A stretch of 64,000 nt of DNA from Vicugna vicugna (GCA_013265495.1 MU058213.1:3472001-3536000), one strand, 5' to 3'. Shown: positions 1 through 13,170, numbered from the stretch's first letter. Notes: generated by a model from the sequence alone, not told the origin. Translations and numbers: made by a program.

Positions 1-678
1 TCTAACACTTAGTTTAATATCCTTTCTGAAAGGGATGTATCTGCCCTGACGGACGGCAAAGTGAGGACTTCCTGTATGGGGAGACATGGTGTGGGTAAGC
101 TACAGCCTGAGTTAGTGAGCACTGGAGCGGTGGAGGCAGGGAGGGCAGTGGTCTGGGCCCCAGAGATTAAAGCCACATGCTCTGGATTTCAGCAGAAACA
201 GAGCTGGAATGCACCTTCCCAAGGCTGACTGGGGGTTGGAGGGGTGACGGGTTCCTTTCTAACTGGGAAACTTCCAGGTGCCCAGAGGAAGGACAAAAAG
301 ATGCTTAGTTCTGAATTAACACTTGGAAAACTTTTCTTACAGAAACAATGTTATACATGGGTTACAGGGCTGGCCTCTTGAATCAACAACAGTAAGTCTG
401 AAATTCAGTCCATTTGTAACTTGATTATCATTAGATTGTCTTCTGGATATTTCACTAATAACCAGATCTTGGAAACATGACCTGTTTATAAAGTGGAGAT
501 GATCTGTGGTTTAGAGTTTATAATCTCACCCTGTCACCTGCCGGAAATTCAAGATTGTCTTGAGAACTTCATGTGTTGCTGCCAAGAATGAGATCAGGAG
601 ATATCAACCCAGGATACTGGCTTGGAAACATTTCTATTTGAAAATGAATCCCCATTTTTGTTTTTACTAGAATAGAAT

Positions 679-684
679 TTTATT
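679..684 (-). terminator. Candidate distal polyadenylation signal AATAAA
   Basis: Plus-strand tttatt at the end of the AU-rich UTR; composition becomes more GC-balanced below ~600. Confidence 0.6.
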
Positions 685-1999
685 TGTGGCATCAAGATTT
701 TTAAAAAATGATTTTGTATTTTAAAGTATGCAATAAATTTTGGCAGATTAATCTTCATATATTTTTCCCATACGAGATTTAAAAATACAATGTCGAGTGG
801 CTTATAATGAAAACGAATTGTTTGCCTTGATAATTATCTGGAATAATTTCAGCATTATAAATAAAAAATGAAAACAAATACCATTTATATTAGGATGAAA
901 TGCATTTGTAATACAATTTTATGTCTGTTAAAATCTGATTACAGAGAAAATATAGGTTAAAATTATGTGCTTATAGTTTCTAAAAAAATATGACATCCTT
1001 TATGAAAATGACTCTATTCATCCTCCAGCTGTAGAATGCATTCGAGATACTTTTCTATCTGGGATGAGGGGCTGCATTGCTTGATACAGGTTCCTTCCGG
1101 ACCACTGGTGCACACCTGGGAGACGAAGGGGATGATGCTCTGTGGCTGGAGGCTGTGGGAGTGTCTGGTCTCATTATACCTTGTTAACACCTTCTGAGCC
1201 ACAGAATCATCCAATGAGTCAGGTGAAAAGCAAGCCTTTCTATTTTCATAAGCTCTGATATCTGCTATATTTCACAGAAGTGATATTTAAACGATCATGT
1301 GGTAAAATCCTGTTTTAACAAAACTAATTTTCATGTTCAGTTCTACATAATGAGAACATTCCAAAATGCATTGGCCCATGTTAACATGACTTTGCTCATG
1401 AGGAAGGAGAAAATGAATTCTGATGTTAAGACCCACGAAGAGACAAACACATGTACACGTGTATCTGTACGCATTCAACATCAGAGATGGGCCTGCTTCC
1501 TTGTCTGTCAGCAGTCATTTGATCTTTAAACAAAGAGATTCTTCTTCAGGAGGGTGGTTCCTGTTCACAGCTGATCTGACAAAATCTGATGGTCAGCACA
1601 AAGCATCTTCTTGACTGTACGATGCTGTACAAAGCATCTCTGGAACATACAACAATCTTACATGACTATGAGAGCCGGCATGATTATTTTCTTTAGATGA
1701 AAAATTAAAGAGCCCAGTGAGGTTGAGTATGTGGCTTCATTTTAAACATTTGGTAAGTGATAAAATCAGGGCTGCACCTGGAGGCCTTCCCTGCATGCCG
1801 GTTAGCACGGGTGAAGGTAAGACACAGAGTGCACTGATCTGCGAATTACCGTCCCTAAGCCGAGCCATTGATGTGGTGTTTGGAAAGTGGTTTTGCTGCT
1901 GTCACATGTGAGATCTCTACCAGGTGCAGAAAGGTACCCATTGTGTTAGACTCCAGCAAACTTTAACCAACAGGCAGATGCACTTTTCATAACTCTCAG

Positions 2000-2025
2000 A
2001 GTGTGTGTGTATATATATATATATA
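2000..2025. repeat. (GT)n(AT)n compound microsatellite in the 3'UTR
   Basis: gtgtgtgtgtatatatatatatata. Confidence 0.85.
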
Positions 2026-2239
2026 AAAGAAGATTCATAACATATATTTACAATTATTCCTAAATCACCAAGATACCATATTGAGAAATAGCTTTAACTT
2101 TTTGCAAGAGCATCTTCTATATAATCATTCCAATAAAGGTATAAAATGTATAAATACAGTCTTGGCACACTTTATCTTTGCAGGTGCACTAGAACACTTT
2201 CCCTTTTGCCTTACTCCACTCACTCCTACTTTTGATTGT

Positions 2240-2382
2240 CTGAAATTTCCTTTACACGTCTCTCAGTTCCTTGAGGATGAGGACTCAGCTAGATTTCTTT
2301 TAAAACTGATGACTCTCACCCCAGGGCCCAGCATAGAGCTGTGCACAGAGCACAGCGTTCAGGAAATGCTGGCTGAATGCAT
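2240..2382 (+). mobile_element. Degenerate L2 3' end inside the 3'UTR (antisense to NEDD4)
   Basis: cccagcatagagctgtgcacagagcacagcgttcaggaaatgctggctgaatgcatg resembles the L2 terminal motif ending in ...tgaatgaatg. Confidence 0.5.
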
Positions 2383-2524
2383 GCACAGGATTTTTACGTC
2401 CTTCAGTCTGCTTAAAGCAGGAGTCTGTTTGTAGCATTTGGCCTAAAGAGTTTTGGATTCATAGCAAAACTTCATTTTCATAGTAAACAGTATTTTTAAA
2501 AAGCATAAGAAATACGGTAATAAA

Positions 2525-2530
2525 TTTAAT
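2525..2530 (-). terminator. Candidate proximal polyadenylation signal ATTAAA
   Basis: Minus strand reads TTTGT-ATTAAA (overlapping UGUA) followed by a U-rich tract (tttattaccgtatttcttatgcttttt). Confidence 0.5.
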
Positions 2531-3554
2531 ACAAATTACGCATCATAACTATTCTTTGGTTATTTTTAACAAATTATTTGGGTTTTTTTTTTTGGACTAA
2601 AGTGGAACACTAAAAACGTAAAAATGCAACTACAGAAATTAGCTTAATCTGTAAACATAATAAACCCTGTAAACATATATTTACTACGTAATTGTGCAAG
2701 TGTAAAGAATGACTAGTAAAGGCAAGGACTATACATTTAACTTAGTTCTTCAAGGCATACTTAGGAATACTGCTTCGTCGAGCTTTAGTTTGAAGAAGGA
2801 ATTCTTTTAACTACAACAGGAAAGAGTATGACTCTGTCCATGAGCCATAAGGATATACAGGCAAGAGGGCGGCGTGAACACCTTTCACCCTTTGCAAATC
2901 TGACTTTGCTTCACATGTCTTATGAACCACCTGGTTTAGTAGAACCGCATATTCACAAAAGCTGAATACTTTTAAAACGAAGAAGCAAACAGTTTTTTTT
3001 TTTTTTGCAAGTGAGTCAGTTGACTAAAAATGCAGGTAACACACTTTCCAAGGTTCTTCCAAAAATCTGGGCAGTAAGGTGCAGTAGGCAGGTCTACAAA
3101 ATAACAGCTAGCTGCAGGCAGCACTGAATGTTCTGTAGTGTACTCAGTATTAAAGTTCTTTTCCCCCCAATTTCAGTTTTCCTTCTCAAAAGGCATCACA
3201 CTTTTCACACATGACACTTATCACGAATATTTCACAGTTACAATTTCAGTAGTTTAAGAACTGCCTGGAAAATACTGGAAAAGAGGTAAATGCCAAGGAC
3301 AAAACTCACGATGTCAGGCACACATCCTAGGGTGTGAACTCAAGTTAGAACCAAACAGCTGTGTAAATGCAACGCATTATTTACGTGAATGAAACAATGG
3401 CAAAGTTGTCACACTACTTCTTCTAATGCTTTGATATGATTTTCTCCAATATTTGGGGAGAATCAGCAGCCAAGGGTTAGTCGTTCCCTGGAAAATTTTA
3501 AGAATTTGCTTAGAAAAAAGTGGCAGTAAAACACCATCAATGGTTACTTGTAAT

Positions 3555-3794
<240 letters not shown>

Positions 3795-4208
3795 CTAGGA
3801 CTGGACTCGAGGCGTGGACTCCCCCCATGACTTCTTGGTGGTGTCCTCTCGCCTCCACCCTGACCTCCAAATGTCTGGCTTCCCCTTCATTTGAACCTCC
3901 AAAAGGGACTGTTTTAGCCCCTCTTGGGATGGCCCGTCATTCATGGGATGGGGGCAACAGGTGGTCAGCAATTTAGCTGGGCCTCTTCAATGTTCAGCCC
4001 CTTGGACTTCAGGTCCAGGCCTGCCTGGTAAAGAAACACCTGTTCCTGGGTTGGTGGTGCTGCCTTCCTCCTCCTCCTCATCTGCCCCTTCCTCCACAGC
4101 TGCCACCGACCCCGCACAGAGGGAACGAGACCTTCTGGACCGAGGCCAGCTGCGGGAGGACCTTCTCCCTCTGAGGACTTGTTTCCTAGGGCTGAAGAAG
4201 CTGCTTAC

Positions 4209-4281
4209 CACGTATGAGCTCTTGGCAGCTTCTCGGGGGTGCCCCACTGTTCGACAGTAAACGACTGTGGTCCGTTTGAGC
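4209..4281 (-). CDS. NEDD4: NEDD4 penultimate exon (G)[23 protein letters not shown] plus TG of the catalytic Cys codon, 73 nt
   Basis: LPRAHTC motif; acceptor ttacag, donor gtaagc. Confidence 0.97.
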
Positions 4282-6071
4282 CTGTAAGGAAGAGGAGTTG
4301 CTTTGGTTTCATTTACTCTTTATGGGAATTCTGGGCATTTCACAGCTCACCTTGGCTAATGGAGAACTTAAACACACAGAGAACTCATCTAGTTTCTTTA
4401 CACTTGAAAGAACTGACGCTGCCCTGGGCCTGACAACTTCCCCGTCCAGCCGTGAAATGAGGACCCCTCTTCCATCAGCCCATCCGTGAGCCTGTATCAC
4501 TCTGCGGGGGGCAGGGGGGCGTGTCTGACCGTGCTGCATTCCTGGTACGGCCTCCATCATAGGCACACAGAAAATGAGCACTTTCTTGCCTTTTTGACTA
4601 CCACTGCAAACAGCTTTAATTTTTTCTGATTATCTAATCTCAGTGCAAAAAATTAAAGCTATAGGGAAAAAATTAGTGAAAGAGGTAAAAAAATCACCTG
4701 AAATTCTACTATTAAATCTTAGTAAACATCCCATCAAACATCTTTTGGTATGTGTGCACATATACAGAATCTTATGTGCACATGACCATGTTATAATAGA
4801 CACAGTACGTTTTTCTCTTATTATGGCCGCTCTTAGAAGCTCTCTTCTTTAACTGGAGTCTTCCCTTAGCTATTCCTTCTCCAGTTCTCAGCATCCTCCA
4901 ACCACCCAGGTCAGCAGCGCTGACAACCCGACGAGGCACCTTCTGTACTTTTCTCCATGTCTTTTAATCGTATCCAAGTACGTGCGTATGAGTGTGCCTG
5001 TCAGAAGCAGCACTGAGGAGGCTTAATATTTTCCATATTACTGTTTTCTCAAAAAGCATTGCTTTTAACACATCACCCATCACAATTATGTTCACAGGTT
5101 AAGTTTCAGTACTATTGTCACTGTGTTTTCCATAACATGGGATCATATATATTTCCCTGCTTTCTGGTTCTTGCACCTAAACAATCCACCTGGAAAACTC
5201 CCTGTAAGTCAGTCAGTATCAACATACTTTTTACTGGCTAGACAACACTGTGCTGTAAGATCAACATTCCTAAGTTATTTCTACTTCTTTTGTAAATCCC
5301 TAAGAATTTGAATTTATATTCGAAGACTAATAACTCTGGATTTGTGTGTGGGAAATCTCCCCCAAGTTCCAAAAAAATGCATGAAATCAGTGGCTGGCTG
5401 GAGGCCTGGGCTGCATCCGAGGGGGCCGTGGGGCTAGAGATGGAAGGGGTGTTTGTCCTGCCTCAATTTCTCTCTAACTGGTTAAAGTCCAGGAGGAGAG
5501 ACAGGAAGGGGAGTGAGGTGAAACCACCGGAAAGACAAATGCTAAGAAATTCAGTTAGGCAGAGAATGGGCGCCCTGGTGAGCGGCAAAGCTCCCGGCTC
5601 ATCCTCCTCCTGGGGAGTGGCTGCTCCGGGTGGGGAGGTGGCAGTGGTTTGATGGGTGCTGCAAACAGATGTAAATGAGGCTTATCAAGGAGACCGGGTT
5701 GGCCAAGGAGGAGGAGACGGCAGGGCTCTGATCTTGGCTGTCCCTTCTCTGAAGGCTCTGTTCTTGGTATCTTTAAAAGCAAGTAAATGTCATTCTAATA
5801 AACATTATGTTAACTGTTTTCAGAAGTTGCTGTGATCCACCTCAGAAACAGTACTGCTGCTGTTTTTCTTTTTTTTGTTGTTGTTAACAAAACACACCTC
5901 AAGCCTTACAATCAAAAACAGATTGCTAGGATACCATTAATTTCACTTTATAGAAAACTGCATTGATGGTAGCTATTCTGAATATTGAGAGATACATGCA
6001 GTCTAACCCCAGTCCTGCCATTTCTCACAAGGCCTGATTAGATTCTCCACCCTCTAATTAGCAGCGCCCCA

Positions 6072-6072
<1 letters not shown>

Positions 6073-6113
<41 letters not shown>

Positions 6114-6132
6114 ACACACACATACATACACA
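6073..6132. repeat. (CA)n microsatellite, ~60 bp, interrupted
   Basis: Directly visible CA run with cata interruptions. Confidence 0.95.
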
Positions 6133-6455
6133 GATTCCATGGGAAAGCTATTTTTTTTATAAAAGCAATTTCCAACACTGAAAAAGGCCCAAAGAAACCG
6201 ACTGAACTTAATGTTTAGTCTATCATTTCCCCCAAATGTATCCTACCACGATATTCCCTGTTTTTGGTTGTCTACTTATTCCACCCTGTGGAACAAGTCT
6301 ACATGCTGCACGACACCGTCTTCCTCCAGACAACGCTTGTTCTGTACTGGAATGCAGAGTGGAAATCAAATTTAAAATTCAAGAATGGAAAGTAACTCGA
6401 GTCATTTCATGTTTCCAGTCTTGGCCTACTTCAGTGTATCTAATTATGTCATTCA

Positions 6456-6737
<282 letters not shown>

Positions 6738-7330
6738 CTACCCTAAAAAATACGCTATCAGAATTCAGCTGAGCATTCATTATCACTTATAAAAAACCTG
6801 CATGTTTCTTTTAGCTCCAACTGTGCTTCTGGGTCATTTACAAAGTTCCTGAACCTTCATTTCCGAGGCTCTCTGATAACTCTTTAGCATGGGATTATTA
6901 GCCTAATAAAGTGATAAAATTTCCTCTCGATGTGGCTCGTGGCTTTCAAAAAATCATATTTGCTGATATTACTGAGTGGCACACACATTTCTCTGTAAAA
7001 CAGAAAATCACATTCAAAGGGGCCATGCAGGAGTCCCAGAGAATGCATGCGGGTTGTTTCAGGCTGTCTTGAAGAATCTCTACTTCAGTAAGGAACTTAT
7101 TGCCAGCTCAGCTGTCATGGCCACTTACTACATTCTGAAACTTACTTATCTAATAAATATGTATGGAGGTTGGGACCATACCCAGAAGATAAATGTATAC
7201 TGCACAAAGTCAAAGATGATTTTGCTGGGCTCTCCCTATTTTTGTCTTCTCTAAACGTGATCCCCTAGAACAGTCAAACACGATTAAGTCTGTCAAAAAG
7301 TAATTTATGAAAACAGAAGCTTTCCATCAC

Positions 7331-7438
7331 CTTCCAAAACCACTGGATGACCTGATGATTTACGCTGTAGCCATTTTTGTACTTTGTGTGTTCTCGCCAG
7401 TCATTCACATCGACATCTCCCAAGCCGCACATCAGAAG
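7331..7438 (-). CDS. NEDD4: NEDD4 HECT exon [36 protein letters not shown], 108 nt
   Basis: Acceptor cacgtag, donor gtgatg; 85-nt intron upstream. Confidence 0.97.
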
Positions 7439-7523
7439 CTACGTGATAAGAAATGTCAAACTGTAGACAAGAAAAATAATGGGTGCAAAAATCCGCTCTT
7501 AACGTAAGAACAGTATTTCTTAC

Positions 7524-7583
7524 CTCTAGTTCATTTTCATCGAAAATTTTGATGAGATCCTGTGGGATCAGTTCAAAAAACCC
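7524..7583 (-). CDS. NEDD4: NEDD4 HECT exon GFFELIPQDLIKIFDENELE, 60 nt
   Basis: Acceptor ctactag, donor gtaaga. Confidence 0.97.
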
Positions 7584-8169
7584 CTAGTAGAAAGAATATA
7601 TTTAAAAGCCTGGTTAGCAGGGTCAGTGGACAATCCCACACTCGGCATCTGGAGGCATCCCACACCCACACGATTCCTACCACTCCTGGATGCTTAACTG
7701 ATACTTCAATATTGGCAAAAAAAAAGTATATATACGTCTGTTCTCTCCCTGCTTCCTCAAAGTGGCTATTTTAAAACTTCCCCACACTTTTCAAGCCTCC
7801 TTCTCCTCTAGGGCATTCCTTCTTTACAGTAGATAATTCCTATTTGGGAGAGAAAGTAGAGGCGATTCTGCAAGATAGAATTCCCTCAGCCGTTGTCTGC
7901 CTCCCCATGTAACACGCAGCACCGACCTCGAGCGGGGCCCCTCCCCACCGCAGTGCAGAGAGGGACCACTTCCTCTCTGTGCTTCACCTGCCTCCTCAAG
8001 GATGTCCTCTCACCAAACCCGTAGTAGCTCACCTTCTATGAATCTAAATTTGTTCAAGCTGCATTTACCCTAAAAACAACAACAAAGCAAGTCCCTTTCT
8101 TCTGCTGATGGCCTCGCTCTGGACAGTGTTACTGCATGTCACTAAACCCACGTGCTCCCCTCCATCCAC

Positions 8170-9190
8170 CCCTCAACCCCTGCAGTCTGAGCTCTCTGTC
8201 AGTGCTACCCTGAAGTGTCCTGGAGAAGGCCAAAGACAGCTCTGCGGCCACACCTGATAAATGCTCTCTGGTTCCCAGTCTTTCTGCCTTCTCTGCACTG
8301 TGATATTGTTGATAACGCCTTTGTCCTGGAAAATCTGTCTGCTGTTGATGGTTTTTCTCTTATGTCTCTGTCTGGCTTTGCTCATTTCCTTTGATGTCTC
8401 CTTTTCTCCCATCCATTCCTTAAATGTCGGTGTTCCTACATCCCACGTGTGGCTATCCACTTCCACTGTTCTTACCATTCTTTCAAAGTTTCCATCATGT
8501 CTAGTCCATGCAGGTGGCCCCCAGATCCACACTGCCACACCAGATCGCTATCCTTTAACTCTCCCTAAGCTACAGATCTCCCTTCCTGAGTGCCATTCAA
8601 ATGCACACACACTCTTCCCACCGTCCTTACCACGTCCCCGCCTGGGTCACCGCAGCACCTTCCCAGCTCGCCTCTGCTGCCCGCCTCGCCCCCCTCCAGT
8701 TCAATGCAGACCACTTCCAGAATGATCTGACCAAAACATACACCGAATCCTGGTGTTCCATTGTTTAGGAGCCTTTAACGTCACCCTCCTTCCTCACTGG
8801 ACTTCAGAGATAACTCTACACCAACAGGTCCTTCATCATCTGGTTCCACTCCGCTCTCCACGCTTGGTTTGACCTCCTGCACCCTCTTCCCCAGCATACA
8901 AATTGCTTGTATTTTCTCTAACGTGGGCACAGTCTTTTGCCAGACTTCACATGTGCTGCTCCCTCTGCTCTTCACACGTGCATTTCCCTCTTCTCTGTGG
9001 CTGGCTCATCCCTCGAGCCCTCCCTCGCCCCTGCCTCCATCTCCCTGCTCTGGTTTCTCTCCGCTCACCTGGCACTCAGGCTTCCCTCTGTCCGTCCCAC
9101 CCTTCAGATTTTCTGCTCCTTGACAGCAGACCTATGTCTTTTTGCCTTGCATGGCACCAGCCACAGAGTCAGTGCTCAATACTGAGTAAA
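8170..9190 (+). mobile_element. Degenerate L2 (LINE2) fragment
   Basis: Pyrimidine-rich L2-like body ending ...agtgctcaatactgagtaaatgga, resembling an L2 terminus. Confidence 0.55.
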
Positions 9191-9762
9191 TGGAAAAGTG
9201 CGGGATCAGCGTTTAACTCACAGTTAGCTTAAGAAATGAGTGCCCTGACAACAGCCTAAACAACCATTGACTGGGAAGCTGAAACAACTTGTGAATTTAT
9301 AGTGTGCATAAAATGCAGTCACGGGGAAAGGTCGCTATATACCTTGACCTGTAAAGATGTCCAATAAATGTTGGATAAGAGAGGAAAGTGAGTCACAAAC
9401 CAAGATGTACAGTGTGATCCCATTTAGGAAAGGAAACAAATGGTATATTCCGCCATCCCTCTGGCAGTCTTGCTCCTTTGCTCATCCAAGGTTACTTGAG
9501 GTGAGGGGAGCGGGGCTGGAGGAAGGTGAGCGGACATGACAGACATTAAGGGGGACCGCTGATGTCTACTGCAGGGACTTCTTGGATGGTTATGTTTTAA
9601 CTGAAAATCTATTCATTTAATGTTCTGTTAATATAAAATATAATTAAGAACAGTTTTAAAAAGTGAGTCATATACTACTTTTTCTCTGATATAAGGCCCA
9701 ATATTTAAAACTTACGGACTGTACACTTCAAAATTCAAAAGCAAACAACAGAAAATGAGTAC

Positions 9763-9823
9763 CTCTTTAAAAGCAGCCATTTGCTTCTGGATTCGGTTTA
9801 CAAATCGCCATTGTATAACAAGA
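9763..9823 (-). CDS. NEDD4: NEDD4 HECT exon LVIQWRFVNRIQKQMAAFKE, 61 nt
   Basis: Acceptor cttttag, donor gtactc. Confidence 0.96.
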
Positions 9824-10070
9824 CTAAAAGAAACAAAACAGTTCATCTTTTTCACAGGCGCCAAGGAAAAATGTTAAGGTGCGTGTTTTCTGGTTAGAAA
9901 CAACAAATAAAGACTAGCTTAGCACAAGGAAAAACTGAATGTGGTTAAGTAATATGGCATTGTTATAGAAAGAGAAAAAGAACATTGAGGCTGACTCTGG
10001 GGGAAGAGGAAGAACATGAAAGAAACACAAAATTATTTGTAATATTTAGTAAATACGGTAAAATACTTAC

Positions 10071-10144
10071 TAAATATATTCCTTTTTGTTCTTATTGGTG
10101 ACAACTATTTCTGATCCACCATTTTTCAACTCATGTTGATGTGT
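10071..10144 (-). CDS. NEDD4: NEDD4 HECT exon THQHELKNGGSEIVVTNKNKKEYI(Y), 74 nt
   Basis: Acceptor ttttag, donor gtaagt. Confidence 0.97.
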
Positions 10145-10488
10145 CTAAAATTAAGCATGATACCTGGATATGTTATTTTAGTGAAAAAAGTAAAATCAAG
10201 TATACATATTATAGTTATACTAGAAACGTGGTGTTTTAAATTAAATCCATTCAAAAGCTAAGAAAACTTAAAATATTAGTTTTACGAAAATAAATACAGA
10301 AAGACTCAAATGTCAAAGAAAGCAGAAATTCTTGCTGAGAGACAGCTTTTGTTACCGGAAATAAATTTAAAAATAGAGCATAGAAATGGGCTGAGTATAT
10401 CCATTATTTACCATCTAAACTTACATTATAACATTTCCCTTAAGTTATTAAATTTAGGTTGTAAAGTTTCACAATTTATGTACCATTT

Positions 10489-10632
10489 ATTGATTGATTG
10501 ATTGATTTTGTGGGGGGAGGGAAAGGTAATTAGGTTTACTTATTTATTTTTAGAGGAGGTACTGGGGATTGAACCCAGGACCTCATGCGTGCTAAGCGAA
10601 TACTCTACCACTTGAGCTATATCCTCCTACCT
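10489..10632 (-). mobile_element. tRNA-derived SINE (camelid vic-1-like), long-tailed copy
   Basis: Minus strand: A box TAGCTCAAGTGG, B box GGTTCAATCC, tail AAATAAGTAAACCTAATTACC then (TCAA)n; TSD tgtaccattt at 10479-10488 and 10633-10642. Confidence 0.85.
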
Positions 10633-10655
10633 TGTACCATTTTAATTAATCAAAA

Positions 10656-10746
10656 AAATATTTTGTTAATAGAGACACTAGGGATTGAACGCAGGACCTC
10701 ATGCATGCTAAGCATGAGCTCTACCCCTGAGCTCTACCCTCCCCCA
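10656..10746 (-). mobile_element. tRNA-derived SINE (camelid vic-1-like), short copy
   Basis: Minus strand GGGGGAGGGTAGAGCTCAGGGGTAGAGC..CTTAGCATGCATGAGGTCCTGCGTTCAATCCC; TSD taattaatcaaaa at 10643-10655 and 10747-10759. Confidence 0.85.
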
Positions 10747-10768
10747 TAATTAATCAAAATACACAAAC

Positions 10769-10864
10769 CTGTCCAAAGAGTTCTTCATCTATGACAAACC
10801 TGAGGTCCAGTTCTGTTGGATCATTTTCAAGAATCCATCTTAGTGAATTGTAATACTCACTATC
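10769..10864 (-). CDS. NEDD4: NEDD4 HECT exon [32 protein letters not shown], 96 nt
   Basis: Acceptor atctag, donor gtttgt. Confidence 0.97.
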
Positions 10865-11379
10865 CTAGATGTGGAAAATTGCATATTTAAAATTTGTATA
10901 CAGAAAGAAGATGCCTGAATCTGCCAACAAAATATGCTGAGGGTCTGAATAATTGGGCAAAAGATGAAAAGGTCACTTGGACATCTTTTTCACACACACA
11001 CACACACACAAGTATTATAAAAAGGTGTGAATGACTAGTGAGGATATGAGTATAAATGCAACTTTCTTTGAAATGCATCAGAAAAATAAGATGATTGATG
11101 GATGGGGGTAGACTCGGGGACAAGTATGTCATGAAGTAAGTCTAGATAAAAAGCCAATTGTGGAATCTGGGTGGTGGAGACACACGTGTCCACTGTAAAT
11201 TTTTTTCAATTGCATTACATGTTAGAAAATTTTCATAATAAAATGTTAGGAAACATGTTCACTTGTATTTGGGAACACTATAACACATTGATTTCTTCAT
11301 CATTAAAAGGTAACTCTTTAAAATGTTCAGTGGGCTGTCAAATTACAGATTCTCTGTGTTTCAAGTGAAAAAGACGTAC

Positions 11380-11450
11380 CACTGATTCCATGTCATGAAG
11401 TGTTATCGGTTTGTGCAGCATCATCTTGTAAAATGGGCGGATGAAAAAAC
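11380..11450 (-). CDS. NEDD4: NEDD4 HECT exon (G)[23 protein letters not shown], 71 nt
   Basis: Acceptor tttgcaag, donor gtacgt. Confidence 0.96.
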
Positions 11451-11544
11451 CTTGCAAAAAAAAATCAAACACATTTAAAGTGATTACCAAGTGAAAGAAA
11501 TCAGATAACTACATATTTTAAAAAGAGTTTTATGCTTAATACTA

Positions 11545-11736
<192 letters not shown>

Positions 11737-11814
11737 TTACATATCATCTCCCTCTTGTTAGAGCTGTTCACCTCTCCCAGAACCATATTAGACCACTGGA
11801 TTTCATGGTTTTGA

Positions 11815-12255
11815 AAAGTCATTTATGTCAAAAGGTGGAAACAACTTAAATGTTATTGAAAGATGAATGGATAAACAAAACGTGGTACATACACATAATG
11901 GGGTACTATTCAGCCTTCAAAAGGAAATTCTGACACATGCTACGACATGGATAAACCTTGAGGACATTATGCTAATGAAATAAGTCAGTTACAAAAGGAC
12001 AAATACTATATGACCCTACCTATATGAAGTACTAGAGAAGTCAAATTCAGAGACAGAAAGTAGGATGGTGGTTGCCAGGGACTGGGGGAGACAGTGTTTA
12101 ATGAGTACAGAGTTTCAGTTCGGGAAGACGAAAAAGCTCCGGCAGGGATGATGGTGATGGCTGCACACCAATGTCAATGTCCTTAATGCTGCTGAACGAT
12201 ACACTTGAAATGATTATAATGTAAAAATTTATGTATGTTTTATCACAATTTAAAG
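11815..12255 (+). mobile_element. L1 3'UTR fragment (L1MB-like)
   Basis: Typical motifs gatgaatggataaacaaaacgtgg, aaccttgaggacattatgctaa and aaattcagagacagaaagtagg. Confidence 0.8.
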
Positions 12256-12391
12256 ACGTTATTTCCGAAACATTAGTTACAGTCTCCCTTTCCTGCACAG
12301 TGTGTCACACGTTTTCCTTGCCTCCTAAAACTCGGTTACTTTCAGAAGCACGATCTTTCTTCTAAAATATAGTCGTTGTAAAGGTACTTAC

Positions 12392-12621
12392 GTAGCAGAA
12401 TATTCAAACAACCCATAGTAAGGGTTAAACATTTCCTTTGAAATCAGAAAGAACCATTCTCTGGCGACTCCTCCATAATCCAGCCCCTTTTCACCATCGA
12501 ACTCGATCCACAACCTAGCCTTGAGGAAGTCTGCCCTCTTGACCCCCATGATTCTCCTGTAAGAGTCTTCAAGGACAGTTGCGCGGCGAAGTTTCATCTC
12601 AAATTTGTTTGGAATGTCATT
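12392..12621 (-). CDS. NEDD4: NEDD4 HECT exon [13 protein letters not shown]...[31 protein letters not shown], 230 nt
   Basis: HECT N-lobe motif [15 protein letters not shown]; acceptor ttttcag, donor gtaagt. Confidence 0.98.
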
Positions 12622-13029
12622 CTGAAAACCCAGAGAAGAGAGGCTGACGGTTTACATCAATTCAACATGATGACATGTTTCCCTGTCACGAGAGTTACAA
12701 CACTCATTGCATGCTACCGTGTTTCCAAGACGCTTTCTCAGGGAAAACAGGATTAGGTCTATTGTCCCTATTTCCTCTATTGCATGAAAGAACTCATGCA
12801 TTTTCTCTCAGTATTTTATAATAGAGATGTCTGGTTGTGCCATCTAAGCAGCAGTTACTGAAGGTGGTAATAACACTTTCGGGAAGGCATTTCAGGAACA
12901 GTCCTTTCCATCGTAAGACCCAGCGAGGACCATGCTGTGCCCTGCAGTCAGCCTAGCTGCTGCCTGCCGGCCCAGGGCGCTTCCTTCTCGCCACGTTTCC
13001 TCCTTGGAGCCTGTGTTCCTCACTCTTTA

Positions 13030-13170
13030 ACAGACGCTAACATTTACAGACTGTGCCAGCACCGCTCCCAGCATTTTAATAGGTTAACTCATTTACTCCT
13101 CATAATAATGCTCTGAAGAAGCTATTATTATTATCTCCGTTTTATGGATGAGGAAACTAAATAGAGAAGT
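13030..13170 (-). mobile_element. MIR fragment
   Basis: ctattattattatctccgttttatggatgaggaaact (MIR core, reverse orientation). Confidence 0.65.

Larger units (their letters stand above)
660..3554 (-). other. NEDD4: NEDD4 3'UTR (long form ~2.9 kb; 3' end approximate)
   Basis: AU-rich sequence after the stop, bounded by a minus-strand AATAAA at 679-684. Confidence 0.7.

Noticed and set aside
8173..9232. Cluster of overlapping 80-150 aa ORFs
   Set aside because: Low-complexity translations of pyrimidine-rich L2-like sequence.
10489..10746. tRNA-like sequences with A and B boxes
   Set aside because: They have tails and TSDs and lack an intact cloverleaf, so they are SINEs rather than tRNA genes.
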